DNA from: Flavobacteriales bacterium
GTDB taxonomy: Bacteria > Bacteroidota > Bacteroidia > Flavobacteriales_F > PHOS-HE28
Length of the DNA stretch: 64,000 nucleotides
Assembly: GCA_016703005.1 (NCBI GenBank)
Contig: JADJCX010000006.1
Location: forward strand, 145,563 to 209,562
Direction: 5' to 3'
Position 1 is the first letter of the stretch. Each line of letters starts with the position of its first letter. The notes below the pieces were generated by a model. That model was not told where the DNA came from, did no database searches, and saw only the letters and a list, made by a program, of their open reading frames with translations. The translations under genes and the position numbers were made by a program. This document shows, piece after piece, positions 1 to 7,822 of this stretch.

Positions 1-137
1 TCCGTGTGAACGTACCGGTGCTGGGCAGCATTACCCAAGCGGAGATCATTGCCACGCTCCTTTTCCTCATCGGCCTCGGCGGCTGGATCTGGTTGAAGCG
101 CAAGAACAACCATGCAACACCTTCACCAACTAACTGA
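1..137 (+). CDS. 3-prime end of an upstream membrane-protein gene (partial, runs off the window start)
   Basis: Frame 3 is open from the window edge to TGA at 135-137, with G/C-rich third positions. It ends in the hydrophobic helix IIATLLFLIGLGGWIWL followed by KRK. The family cannot be identified from 44 residues. Confidence 0.35.
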   Translation, partial: RVNVPVLGSITQAEIIATLLFLIGLGGWIWLKRKNNHATPSPTN

Positions 138-906
138 ACAAGTCGCGGTATTATGCCGAGAGGTTGCGGTGTTCATCAGCACCGAAGCCCTTCGCTTCAC
201 GGAGGCGAGCGTGGAGAGCAAGAGCCTCAACAACTTGGTGAGCTATGTTGACAAAGGTGCCGAGCAACGCTTGGTGGATGGCTTGGCCAAACTTCTACCC
301 GAAGCTGGTTTTATTGCCGAGGAGGGCACGGGATCCCGCCGTCAAGGCTTCAATTGGATCATTGACCCGCTCGATGGCACCACCAATTTCGTGCACGGCG
401 TGCCGTGTTATTGCGTAAGTATCGGGCTGCACGATGGGGAGCGGATGCTCGTTGGTGTGGTGCATGAAGTAACGCGCAACGAATGCTTTACCGCGTGGAA
501 GGGAGGTGGTGCGTTCCTCAACGGCAAACCGATCCGGGTGAGCACGCGCGCCTCGCTGATCGAAAGCCTACTTGCGACCGGCTTCCCCTACGATGACTTC
601 GGGCGCGAGGCACAGTACATGGATCTGCTGCGCTCGCTCATGCGCAACAGTCGCGGCATTCGTCGCTTGGGCAGCGCTGCCGCCGATCTCGCGTACGTGG
701 CGTGCGGACGATTTGAAGCGTTCTATGAATATGGATTGAACCCCTGGGACGTAGCGGCCGGCGCCCTGCTCGTGGAAGAAGCCGGAGGACAGGTCACGGA
801 TTTCCGGGGAAGCGGGGAATGGTTGTTCGGCGAGGAGATCGTTGCGAGCAACGGCGCGATCCACAATGAATTGATCGGGCCGATCGGGAAATTCTTTGGG
901 CGATGA
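112..906 (+). CDS. suhB: inositol monophosphatase family protein
   Basis: 264-aa ORF with an ATG start. Carries the IMPase motifs FIAEEG, WIIDPLDGTTNF and AAADLAYVACGRFEAFYE. Confidence 0.9.
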   Translation: MQHLHQLTEQVAVLCREVAVFISTEALRFTEASVESKSLNNLVSYVDKGAEQRLVDGLAKLLPEAGFIAEEGTGSRRQGFNWIIDPLDGTTNFVHGVPCYCVSIGLHDGERMLVGVVHEVTRNECFTAWKGGGAFLNGKPIRVSTRASLIESLLATGFPYDDFGREAQYMDLLRSLMRNSRGIRRLGSAAADLAYVACGRFEAFYEYGLNPWDVAAGALLVEEAGGQVTDFRGSGEWLFGEEIVASNGAIHNELIGPIGKFFGR

Positions 907-1229
907 TCGTCGGCGTCGCAGGCCCCTACTCCGCTCCCGCGGCTGAACAGCGCCAAGCGAACCTAGATGCGATCAACGCCGCTGCTGCCCGCTTGCTGGA
1001 AATGGGCCATGTGCCATTGATCGGCATGAACGCAGCCCTGCCGGTGCTGGCCCAAGCCAACGTATCGGATCGCTACAAAGCAGTGATGGACATCTCACTT
1101 GCTGTGATCAGTGCCTGCGATGCGCTGCTGCTCATCGGGGAGAGTCCCGGCGCCAATAAAGAGCGCGATCTTATCCGTTCACAAGGCAAACCGGTGTACC
1201 TCCGGATCCAAGACGTGCCGAAGCCATGA
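903..1229 (+). CDS. small conserved protein, possibly with a nucleoside 2-deoxyribosyltransferase-like (DUF4406-like) fold
   Basis: 108-aa GC3-rich ORF with ATGA overlaps to both neighbouring genes, which indicates translational coupling. The fold assignment is only a loose resemblance (VGVAGPY...ACDALLLIGESPGANKE). Confidence 0.6.
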   Translation: MIVGVAGPYSAPAAEQRQANLDAINAAAARLLEMGHVPLIGMNAALPVLAQANVSDRYKAVMDISLAVISACDALLLIGESPGANKERDLIRSQGKPVYLRIQDVPKP

Positions 1230-1732
1230 TCCTGACGACCACGGAACGACTGGTCCTTCGCGACCTGGAGGATCACGACGCAGCGAACGTGCTTCTGCTC
1301 AACAGCGATCCTGATGTATTGAAGTATGTGCACGACGTCCCATTCTACGACATGGACGCCGCGCGTGCCTGGATCGCGAACATCCAGCATCAACTACCGC
1401 TCGGCATCGGTCGCTGGGCGATCGAAACAAAGGATGGTACGTGGATCGGGCGGTGCAGCCTGCGTCGTCATGCCGACGGCGAGGTATTGATGGGCTACCG
1501 CCTGCTGCGCGAACACTGGGGCAACGGTTATGCGAGCGAAACTGCACGCGGCCTACTCGATCTGGCCTTCAACACACATGATCTTCAATACGTTGCATCG
1601 AAAGTGGCAAGGGAGAACATCGCCAGCCAGCGCGTGATGCAGAAGAACGGTGGCGAGTTCTGGAAGGAAGATGTTTGCGGGCACTTCGCCGATGCACTTG
1701 TGTACCGCTTCGATCGGCCGAACCATGGCTGA
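1226..1732 (+). CDS. GNAT family N-acetyltransferase (RimJ/RimL-like)
   Basis: 168 aa. The N-terminus TERLVLRDLEDHDA, the motif RCSLRRH...GYRLLREHWGNGYASE and QRVMQKNG are typical of Acetyltransf_3-type GNATs. Confidence 0.85.
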   Translation: MILTTTERLVLRDLEDHDAANVLLLNSDPDVLKYVHDVPFYDMDAARAWIANIQHQLPLGIGRWAIETKDGTWIGRCSLRRHADGEVLMGYRLLREHWGNGYASETARGLLDLAFNTHDLQYVASKVARENIASQRVMQKNGGEFWKEDVCGHFADALVYRFDRPNHG

Positions 1733-2666
1733 ACCCCTCAAGGAGATGTTCAACCGGGCGTACTTCGAGCGCCTGGCAAAAGAAGTGGAAGGTGCTGCGC
1801 CCAGGATCCAGCGCGCTGCCTTGATCAAGGACCTTTTGCACGGCAACGAAACGCGGGAACTGAACACGCGTATGCGGCACGCTAGCACCATCTTGCGCAA
1901 GCACTTGCCTACTGACTTCCGCAAGGCGGTGAACGTGCTGAAAGACGTGGCCCCGCGCATGTCCAATGGCTACACCGCGTTGCTCTATCCGGATTTCGTC
2001 GGGTTGCACGGTTTGGACGATCCCATCTTCTCGCTCGATGCGCTGAAGCACTTTACCGGCTTCGGGTCATCGGAGTTCGCCGTGCGGGAGTTCTTCCGCC
2101 GCGATGTGAAAGGAACGTTGAACGTGATGCGCCAATGGGCAGAGGACGATAGCGAGCATGTGCGTCGGCTCGCCTCTGAAGGCAGCAGACCTCGCCTGCC
2201 GTGGTCGTTCCGATTGGATGCCGTGTTGAAGGACCCGACGCTCACCACACCCATCCTCGAACGCTTACGTGCGGACGACTCGCTCTACGTGCGCAAGTCA
2301 GTGGCCAATCACTTGAACGACTTCAGCAAGGACCACCCTGCATACATGATCGACGTGCTGCGATCGTGGGACGGAAAACATCCACACACCGCATGGATCG
2401 CGAAACACGCCAGCCGGACGCTCATTAAAGCCGGGAACCCGGATGCCCTTGCGCTCTTCGCCTTCGAAAAAGCGAACGGCGGCGTATCGCGCAAGGTGTT
2501 CAAACTGAAAGAGGTGGAGATCGCCGGGCGGGGTTCGTTGAAAATCAGCAAACGCCAGCGCATCGTGGACTTCAGCACGCGCAAGCACTGCCGTGGCGAG
2601 CATATCGTGGAGGTGCTGGTGAACGGTAAGGAACGGGCGAAGGCGACCTTCGACCTGAAAGCCTGA
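1725..2666 (+). CDS. DNA alkylation repair protein (AlkD-like HEAT-repeat family)
   Basis: Start chosen at ATG 1725 (MAEPLKEMFN), which overlaps the GNAT stop by 8 nt. Hallmarks: SSEFAVREFF, HVRRLASEGSRPRLPW and YVRKSVANHLNDFSKDHP. Confidence 0.85.
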   Translation: MAEPLKEMFNRAYFERLAKEVEGAAPRIQRAALIKDLLHGNETRELNTRMRHASTILRKHLPTDFRKAVNVLKDVAPRMSNGYTALLYPDFVGLHGLDDPIFSLDALKHFTGFGSSEFAVREFFRRDVKGTLNVMRQWAEDDSEHVRRLASEGSRPRLPWSFRLDAVLKDPTLTTPILERLRADDSLYVRKSVANHLNDFSKDHPAYMIDVLRSWDGKHPHTAWIAKHASRTLIKAGNPDALALFAFEKANGGVSRKVFKLKEVEIAGRGSLKISKRQRIVDFSTRKHCRGEHIVEVLVNGKERAKATFDLKA

Positions 2667-2679
2667 ACAGGCAGCACCA

Positions 2680-3165
2680 TCACCCGGTCAACCTCGGATC
2701 GATCTGCCGCAAGTGGTGCTTCAGGTGCTCCACGTAATCGCGCATGAGCCAGTCCAGCGTTGGAATACCGTCCGCGGGTAGTGGCGCGTAGATAGATCCC
2801 AACGGCCGATGCTCCCTGCGCGGGCGAAAGCGCGCGTCGTCCGGCACGAGATCAATCACGCGCGCGATGTGCAGGTTGTAGCGCGCCCAAAGCTCAATAA
2901 GCTCCGACCAGTCGGCTTGGGAATAGCTTTGCGCCTGCACCCATTCCACTTGTGCGTATGGCTCGAAGAGCAGGTGAGCCGTTGACTGCAAACGAATGAA
3001 GCGTGCGAGGTTGTTGTTGGCCGAATCGAGGAGGTGGCCGATGATCTCCTTTGGGCACCACTTGCCGGGTGCAGGCGCCTCCGAGGCCACCGCATCCGTG
3101 ACCAACCGTAACATGGGATGTGCATGCTCGATGGCCAAGCGCAGCGATCCACCGGGAGTATTCAT
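2680..3165 (-). CDS. DinB family protein
   Basis: Start trimmed to ATG 3165 (MNTPGG), 19 nt downstream of the ankyrin gene stop. DinB_2-like features: KWCPKEIIGHLLDSANNN, and HLKHHLRQI at the C-terminus. Confidence 0.75.
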   Translation of the reverse strand: MNTPGGSLRLAIEHAHPMLRLVTDAVASEAPAPGKWCPKEIIGHLLDSANNNLARFIRLQSTAHLLFEPYAQVEWVQAQSYSQADWSELIELWARYNLHIARVIDLVPDDARFRPRREHRPLGSIYAPLPADGIPTLDWLMRDYVEHLKHHLRQIDPRLTG

Positions 3166-3184
3166 GCCCCGAAGGTCGTTCTGA

Positions 3185-3694
3185 TCAAGACAGCGCCAGC
3201 TTCGTTTCCGTAAGCCCAAGCGCCGAGATGTGGTCCAATAATGCCTTGGCCTGTTCACCGCCTCTGTTCGCGTGGTGCAAGAGCGTGAGACCATGCGGGC
3301 CCTTCGACCGGAGCAGCTCGGGGAAAGTCGCAAGGAGTGCCTTCACCTCCACTGTCCGTCCGAGCATCGTCAGCACGAAGATGTTGGCGCGCGCTCCCTG
3401 CCGGATCAAGTACTCGGCGATCTCGCTATCCCCGACATGCCCCGCACCTTCCAGCGCGGTTTCGAAGTCGCCGCCGCCAAGGTCCCAACACGCGTTCAAG
3501 AGTCCCGGTTGCTCCTTCAGCATGCGCTGAACTTCCTCCAAATTGTTGTGGCCCGCGGATACGAACGCTTTCACCAAGTCGTCGGCGAGCTTGGGTGGCT
3601 TAGCGGGCTTCACCACGTCCTGCGCGTTCAATAGGGTGGTTCCGATCAACGGAAGTCCAAGTCCTGTTGCTGCAATGAAGTGTCTGCGGTCCAT
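3185..3694 (-). CDS. ankyrin-repeat protein with a twin-arginine signal peptide
   Basis: 169 aa. The N-terminus MDRRHFIAATGLGLPLIG matches the Tat consensus (RRxFI). Ankyrin-like repeats are present: GGDFETALEGAGHVGDSEIAEYLIRQGA and GLTLLHHANRGG. Confidence 0.8.
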   Translation of the reverse strand: MDRRHFIAATGLGLPLIGTTLLNAQDVVKPAKPPKLADDLVKAFVSAGHNNLEEVQRMLKEQPGLLNACWDLGGGDFETALEGAGHVGDSEIAEYLIRQGARANIFVLTMLGRTVEVKALLATFPELLRSKGPHGLTLLHHANRGGEQAKALLDHISALGLTETKLALS

Positions 3695-3704
3695 GGTTTT
3701 GTGG

Positions 3705-6113
3705 TCATTCGTGTCGAAGTGCCCGCACTGGATCGGTCTGTGCCGCTCTCACCGCACGGAAGCTCACGGTGAACGTGGCGATCATCAGCACCACCAATGC
3801 GGCGAGGATGAACACTAGCGGCTCCATCGCCGTGCGGAAAGCGAAGTTCTCCAGCCAGCGGCCCACGCCGAACCAGGCGAGCGGAAAGGCAACAAGGGCT
3901 CCGAGGAATACAAGCAACAGGAAATCGCGTGTCACCAAGTACGTGATGCGCACCGTATCAGCACCCATGACTTTCCGGATGCCGATCTCGCGCGTGCGTT
4001 TCTCCGCCGTCCATGAAGCGAGCGCGAACAGCCCGAGGCACGCGATGAACACCGCAAGCAGCGAGAAGATACCGATCAGCATGGCCAGTCGTCCTTGGGC
4101 TTCGTACTGCATGTCGAGCTGCTCGTTCAGGAATTGGTACTCGAACGGGAAATCGGTGGTCCGCGCGTTCCACTTCTCTTTTGCAGCGGCGATCACCGGG
4201 GCGGGATCACCGGCGTCAAGTCGCAGGTAGAGGTAGCGGATCCATTGGCCGCGATCATGCGGCTGGCACATGTCGAAGACGAACGGTTGCACGGCTTTGA
4301 ACAAGGGGTCGAACGCAAAGTCCTTCGCCACGCCGATGATGCGCTCCTCGCCATGCGGCGTATCCATGCGGTCACCGATGGCTTTGGTCGGATCATCGGG
4401 ATGTGTCTGCCGCGCGAACGTCTCGTTCACGATCACGCTCAGCGAATCGTCGCCGGGGAACTCACGCGAGAACCAGCGGCCCGCGAGGAGGTCTATGTTC
4501 ATCACGTCGTTGAATTCCTGGTTCACGTACAGTGCGGGCAGGTAAGTCCACTTGCCCTGTTCCATTTCGCCCCAATTGAACTCGTGCGTGTTGTGCTTCT
4601 TGCCGATGATGTCGTTGGCCCACGACACGCTTTTCACGCCGCTGATGTTCTTCAGTTCCGGGAACACAGCGGTGTACACATCCGCCATCGGGCCGCGCAC
4701 CGGGATCAGCATCACCTGTTCTTTATTGAAGCCGAGATCGACCGTACGCAAGTGGTCGTGCTGCCGCTTCACGAAGACCGTTCCGATGATGAGCACCAGT
4801 GCGATCGCGAACTGCACCACCACCAGCGACTTCCGCAGCGCTTGTCCGCGCGAGGTGCCAGCCGCGTTGGCCTTCAGCACCACGGCCGGCTGGAACGACG
4901 AGAGGAAGAATGCAGGATAGATCCCGCTCAACAAACCCACGACAACAGCGATCCCCAACACCCCGAGCACGAGCGTGGAAGGCAGCGCGATCATTTCACC
5001 CGCCAAGTCATTGAAGGCGGGCATGAGCAACTTGATCAGCACCAACGCGATCGCTGCCGCGATCAAGCTCATCACCACGCTCTCCATCAGAAACTGCCCG
5101 ATCAGTTGCCCGCGCGTGGCGCCTGCTGACTTGCGCACACCCACTTCGCGTGCACGATACGCACTACGCGCCGTGGCCAGGTTCATGAAGTTCACCCCGG
5201 CGAGCAGGATGATGAAGAAGCCGATCACCCAGAGGATGTTCACACTGCCGGCATCGCCGTTCTGGTGCATCTCGAAGTCCAGCTTCGAAGTGAGGTGGAT
5301 ATCGACCAGCGGCTGCAATTCGTGTCCGATCTGGTCCTTCAGGAAGTCGGGGTAATACTTCTGGATGAAGGCCGGAAAGATCCTGTTCACCTCCGCCTTG
5401 CTGATGCCGTCCTTCAAGCGCACGTACGTCCAACAAGGGTTCCACACCCAGTTGTTCTTTTCGATGTTCCTCCAGTACTGAAGGATGGTGTTGAAGCTCA
5501 CCAGGCCTTCGAATTCAATGTGAGAGTTGCGAGGGATCTCGCCTAGGATACCCGTCACTTGCACGTCCATTGAACCGTCCCACTTCATCATCTGCCCCAT
5601 GGGGTCGGCATCGCCGAAGTACTTCTTCGCCAATGCCTCGCTGAGCACGATGCTTCCCGGTTGCGTGAGCGCGGTCTTCGGATCGCCCACTTTCAGCGGG
5701 TAACCGAACACGTCGAACACCGTGCTGTCCACCAAGTACAGACCGGTCTCGGTGAAGAGCTTGTTGGTGCTCAGGCTGTCACCCACCTTCAGCGTGTGTT
5801 GCGGATCCTGGAAATCGAACCAACGGCAGTAGCGCTCGATCAACTCCGGATGGTCGGCGAAAAGCGTTGGCCCCAGACCGAAGACCATGCTGCTGCTGTG
5901 TTCCCCCTGTCCTTCCATCTCGATCTCGCCCACCACACGGTACACCTGCTCAGCCTTCGGTGCGAAGCGATCGAAGCTGCGTTCGTGATCAACGTATAGG
6001 CCGATCAGCACGAAGCATGCGATGCCCGTGGCCAATCCCAACAAGTTGATCAGCGTATATAGTTTGTTGCGCGCCAGATTGCGCAGCGAGGTAAGGAGGA
6101 CGTTCTTCAGCAT
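3705..6113 (-). CDS. ABC transporter permease, MacB/FtsX type (duplicated FtsX domains)
   Basis: 802 aa. The N-terminus MLKNVLLTSLRNLARNKLYTLINLLGLATGIA is typical of the family. There are two FtsX blocks (REVGVRKSAGATRGQL and REIGIRKVMGADTVRI), and the C-terminus DPVRALRHE. Confidence 0.92.
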   Translation of the reverse strand: MLKNVLLTSLRNLARNKLYTLINLLGLATGIACFVLIGLYVDHERSFDRFAPKAEQVYRVVGEIEMEGQGEHSSSMVFGLGPTLFADHPELIERYCRWFDFQDPQHTLKVGDSLSTNKLFTETGLYLVDSTVFDVFGYPLKVGDPKTALTQPGSIVLSEALAKKYFGDADPMGQMMKWDGSMDVQVTGILGEIPRNSHIEFEGLVSFNTILQYWRNIEKNNWVWNPCWTYVRLKDGISKAEVNRIFPAFIQKYYPDFLKDQIGHELQPLVDIHLTSKLDFEMHQNGDAGSVNILWVIGFFIILLAGVNFMNLATARSAYRAREVGVRKSAGATRGQLIGQFLMESVVMSLIAAAIALVLIKLLMPAFNDLAGEMIALPSTLVLGVLGIAVVVGLLSGIYPAFFLSSFQPAVVLKANAAGTSRGQALRKSLVVVQFAIALVLIIGTVFVKRQHDHLRTVDLGFNKEQVMLIPVRGPMADVYTAVFPELKNISGVKSVSWANDIIGKKHNTHEFNWGEMEQGKWTYLPALYVNQEFNDVMNIDLLAGRWFSREFPGDDSLSVIVNETFARQTHPDDPTKAIGDRMDTPHGEERIIGVAKDFAFDPLFKAVQPFVFDMCQPHDRGQWIRYLYLRLDAGDPAPVIAAAKEKWNARTTDFPFEYQFLNEQLDMQYEAQGRLAMLIGIFSLLAVFIACLGLFALASWTAEKRTREIGIRKVMGADTVRITYLVTRDFLLLVFLGALVAFPLAWFGVGRWLENFAFRTAMEPLVFILAALVVLMIATFTVSFRAVRAAQTDPVRALRHE

Positions 6114-6231
6114 AGGTGCGACAAGGGGCTGGAAAGGTCGATCGACTCTACATGCCCAGGAAGTCTTTCGTGTGCCGCCGTTGCGTGAGTGATGAACGGT
6201 TCATCCTCGCATTGTCGATCCTTAACGTTCC

Positions 6232-6284
6232 GTTCGCCTTCGCGAACAATTGTATAGTTTCATTTGTAACCATTACGAACGTAA
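6232..6284. promoter_or_regulatory. candidate MarR operator region (two short inverted repeats)
   Basis: GTTCGC-CTTC-GCGAAC at 6232-6247 and TTACG-AA-CGTAA at 6273-6284, both just upstream of the marR ATG in the divergent intergenic region. Supported by sequence symmetry only. Confidence 0.3.
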
Positions 6285-6289
6285 CGGAC

Positions 6290-6752
6290 ATGCCCGCCGC
6301 CTCCATCGGTTACTGGTGCTCCATCGCGGCGCATCAATACTTCGCACGCTTGCAGGAGAAATTGAAGCACCTGGAGATCACGCACTGGTTCTACGTGCTG
6401 CTCATCATCGATGAAGGCAAGGGTGATCTGAGCCAACAAGAACTGGCCAACAGGCTCGACCTGGACAAGGTGGCGATGACGCGGGCGCTGGACCACTTGG
6501 TTGAGAAGGGCTATGTGGAACGCTGCGATTGCGAGGGCGATCGGCGCAAGTACCTCATCAAACTGACTCCGAAAGCCAAGCCTGCTGTGAAGGCGATCCG
6601 CAAGGCCTACGAAGAACTGAACGACGAAGCGCTGAAGGGCGTGAAGAAGGCGGACCGAACAGTCTTCCCTGGAGCACCTCACGCTCCTCGTCAACAACCT
6701 GCGGCCCGCGAACGATCCGGTTCCGGTGACCATCAAGCGTGTACACACATGA
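6290..6752 (+). pseudogene. MarR family transcriptional regulator, frameshifted near its 3-prime end
   Basis: Winged-helix core: LSQQELANRLDLDKVAMTRALDHLVEKGYVERCDCEGDRRKYLIKLT. After the CCC run at 6667-6669, the +1 frame reads FLEHLTLLVNNLRPANDPVPVTIKRVHT* and stops at TGA 6750-6752, overlapping the adaptor ATG (ATGA). Confidence 0.8.
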
Positions 6753-7822
6753 AGAGAGCGATCATTAGCCTTTACACCGTTCCCCTGCTGCTGGCTGGAT
6801 GTGGTGGAATTGAAGAGCAAGTGGCAGGGGGCGGCGTAATGCCCCCCATGGCCGTGCAGGTGCATGTGCTGAAGGCCGAACCCTTGGACAATTCCATCAC
6901 CACAACGGGGACGTTGCTCCCCAACGAGGAAGTGGATCTGGTGAGCGAACTCGCCGGACGGGTCACCTTGATCGGCTTCCAGGAAGGGGGGGGCGTGAGC
7001 GCCGGCCAAGTGCTGGTGCGCATCAACGACGATGAACTGCAAGCGCAATTGCGCAAGGCCGAAGCGAACCTGAAGCTCGGTCAGGACGATGAGGGTCGCA
7101 AGAAACAGTTGCTCGCGGTGAGCGGCATCAGCCAGGAACAGTACGATGCGTCGCAGGCACAGCGCGCGGCGCTACAAGCCGATGCGGACAACCTCCGCGC
7201 ACAGGTCGCCAAGAGCACCATCCGGGCACCGTTCAGCGGGAAGGTCGGTTTGCGCTCCATCAGCGAGGGTGGCTATGTGGGCAGCAACACGTTGATCGCG
7301 AAGCTCCAGCAGACCGACCCAATGAAAGTGGAGTTCGCGGTGCCCGAGCGGTACGGCCGCATCATGAAGCCGGGCGCGATGATCAGCTTCACCATGGAAG
7401 GCGATACGAGCACTTACACCGGTGAGGTCTACGCCGTGGATCCCAGTGTGGATGCCACGACCCGCACCGTGAAAGTCAGGGCGCGCAGCAGCAACAAGGA
7501 AGGCCGCCTTTTTCCCGGTGCGTTCGCGAAAGTGGATGTGCGCCTGGAGAAGTTGAAAGACGCGCTGGTCATTCCAGCGGAAGCGTTGATCCCCGATATA
7601 CAAGGCCAGAAAGTGCTGCTGATGAAAGGCGGCAAGGTGGTGAGCGCGCGCGTGCAACTCGGCATCCGCAGCGCGAACACTGTGCAACTCACCAGCGGTG
7701 TGCAGCCCGGCGACTCCGTGATCGTGACCGGCTTGCTCGCTTTGCGTGAGGGTGTCGATGTCCGCCCCATACCGAAGGAAACGATCGCCCCGACGACCAC
7801 GGCCGACAGCAGCGCGCGATGA
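6749..7822 (+). CDS. efflux RND transporter periplasmic adaptor (MFP) lipoprotein
   Basis: Lipobox MKRAIISLYTVPLLLAGCGG. The coiled-coil hairpin region and the TIRAPFSGKVG motif are present. ATGA overlap with the pump gene. Confidence 0.9.
   Translation: MKRAIISLYTVPLLLAGCGGIEEQVAGGGVMPPMAVQVHVLKAEPLDNSITTTGTLLPNEEVDLVSELAGRVTLIGFQEGGGVSAGQVLVRINDDELQAQLRKAEANLKLGQDDEGRKKQLLAVSGISQEQYDASQAQRAALQADADNLRAQVAKSTIRAPFSGKVGLRSISEGGYVGSNTLIAKLQQTDPMKVEFAVPERYGRIMKPGAMISFTMEGDTSTYTGEVYAVDPSVDATTRTVKVRARSSNKEGRLFPGAFAKVDVRLEKLKDALVIPAEALIPDIQGQKVLLMKGGKVVSARVQLGIRSANTVQLTSGVQPGDSVIVTGLLALREGVDVRPIPKETIAPTTTADSSAR

Noticed and set aside
6116-7822. 568-aa ORF read as a genuine MarR-RND adaptor fusion protein.
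   Set aside because: The region upstream of 6290 is non-coding-like. The MarR C-terminus is recovered in the +1 frame after a CCC run and ends in an ATGA overlap with the adaptor start. The in-frame linker looks like out-of-frame translation.
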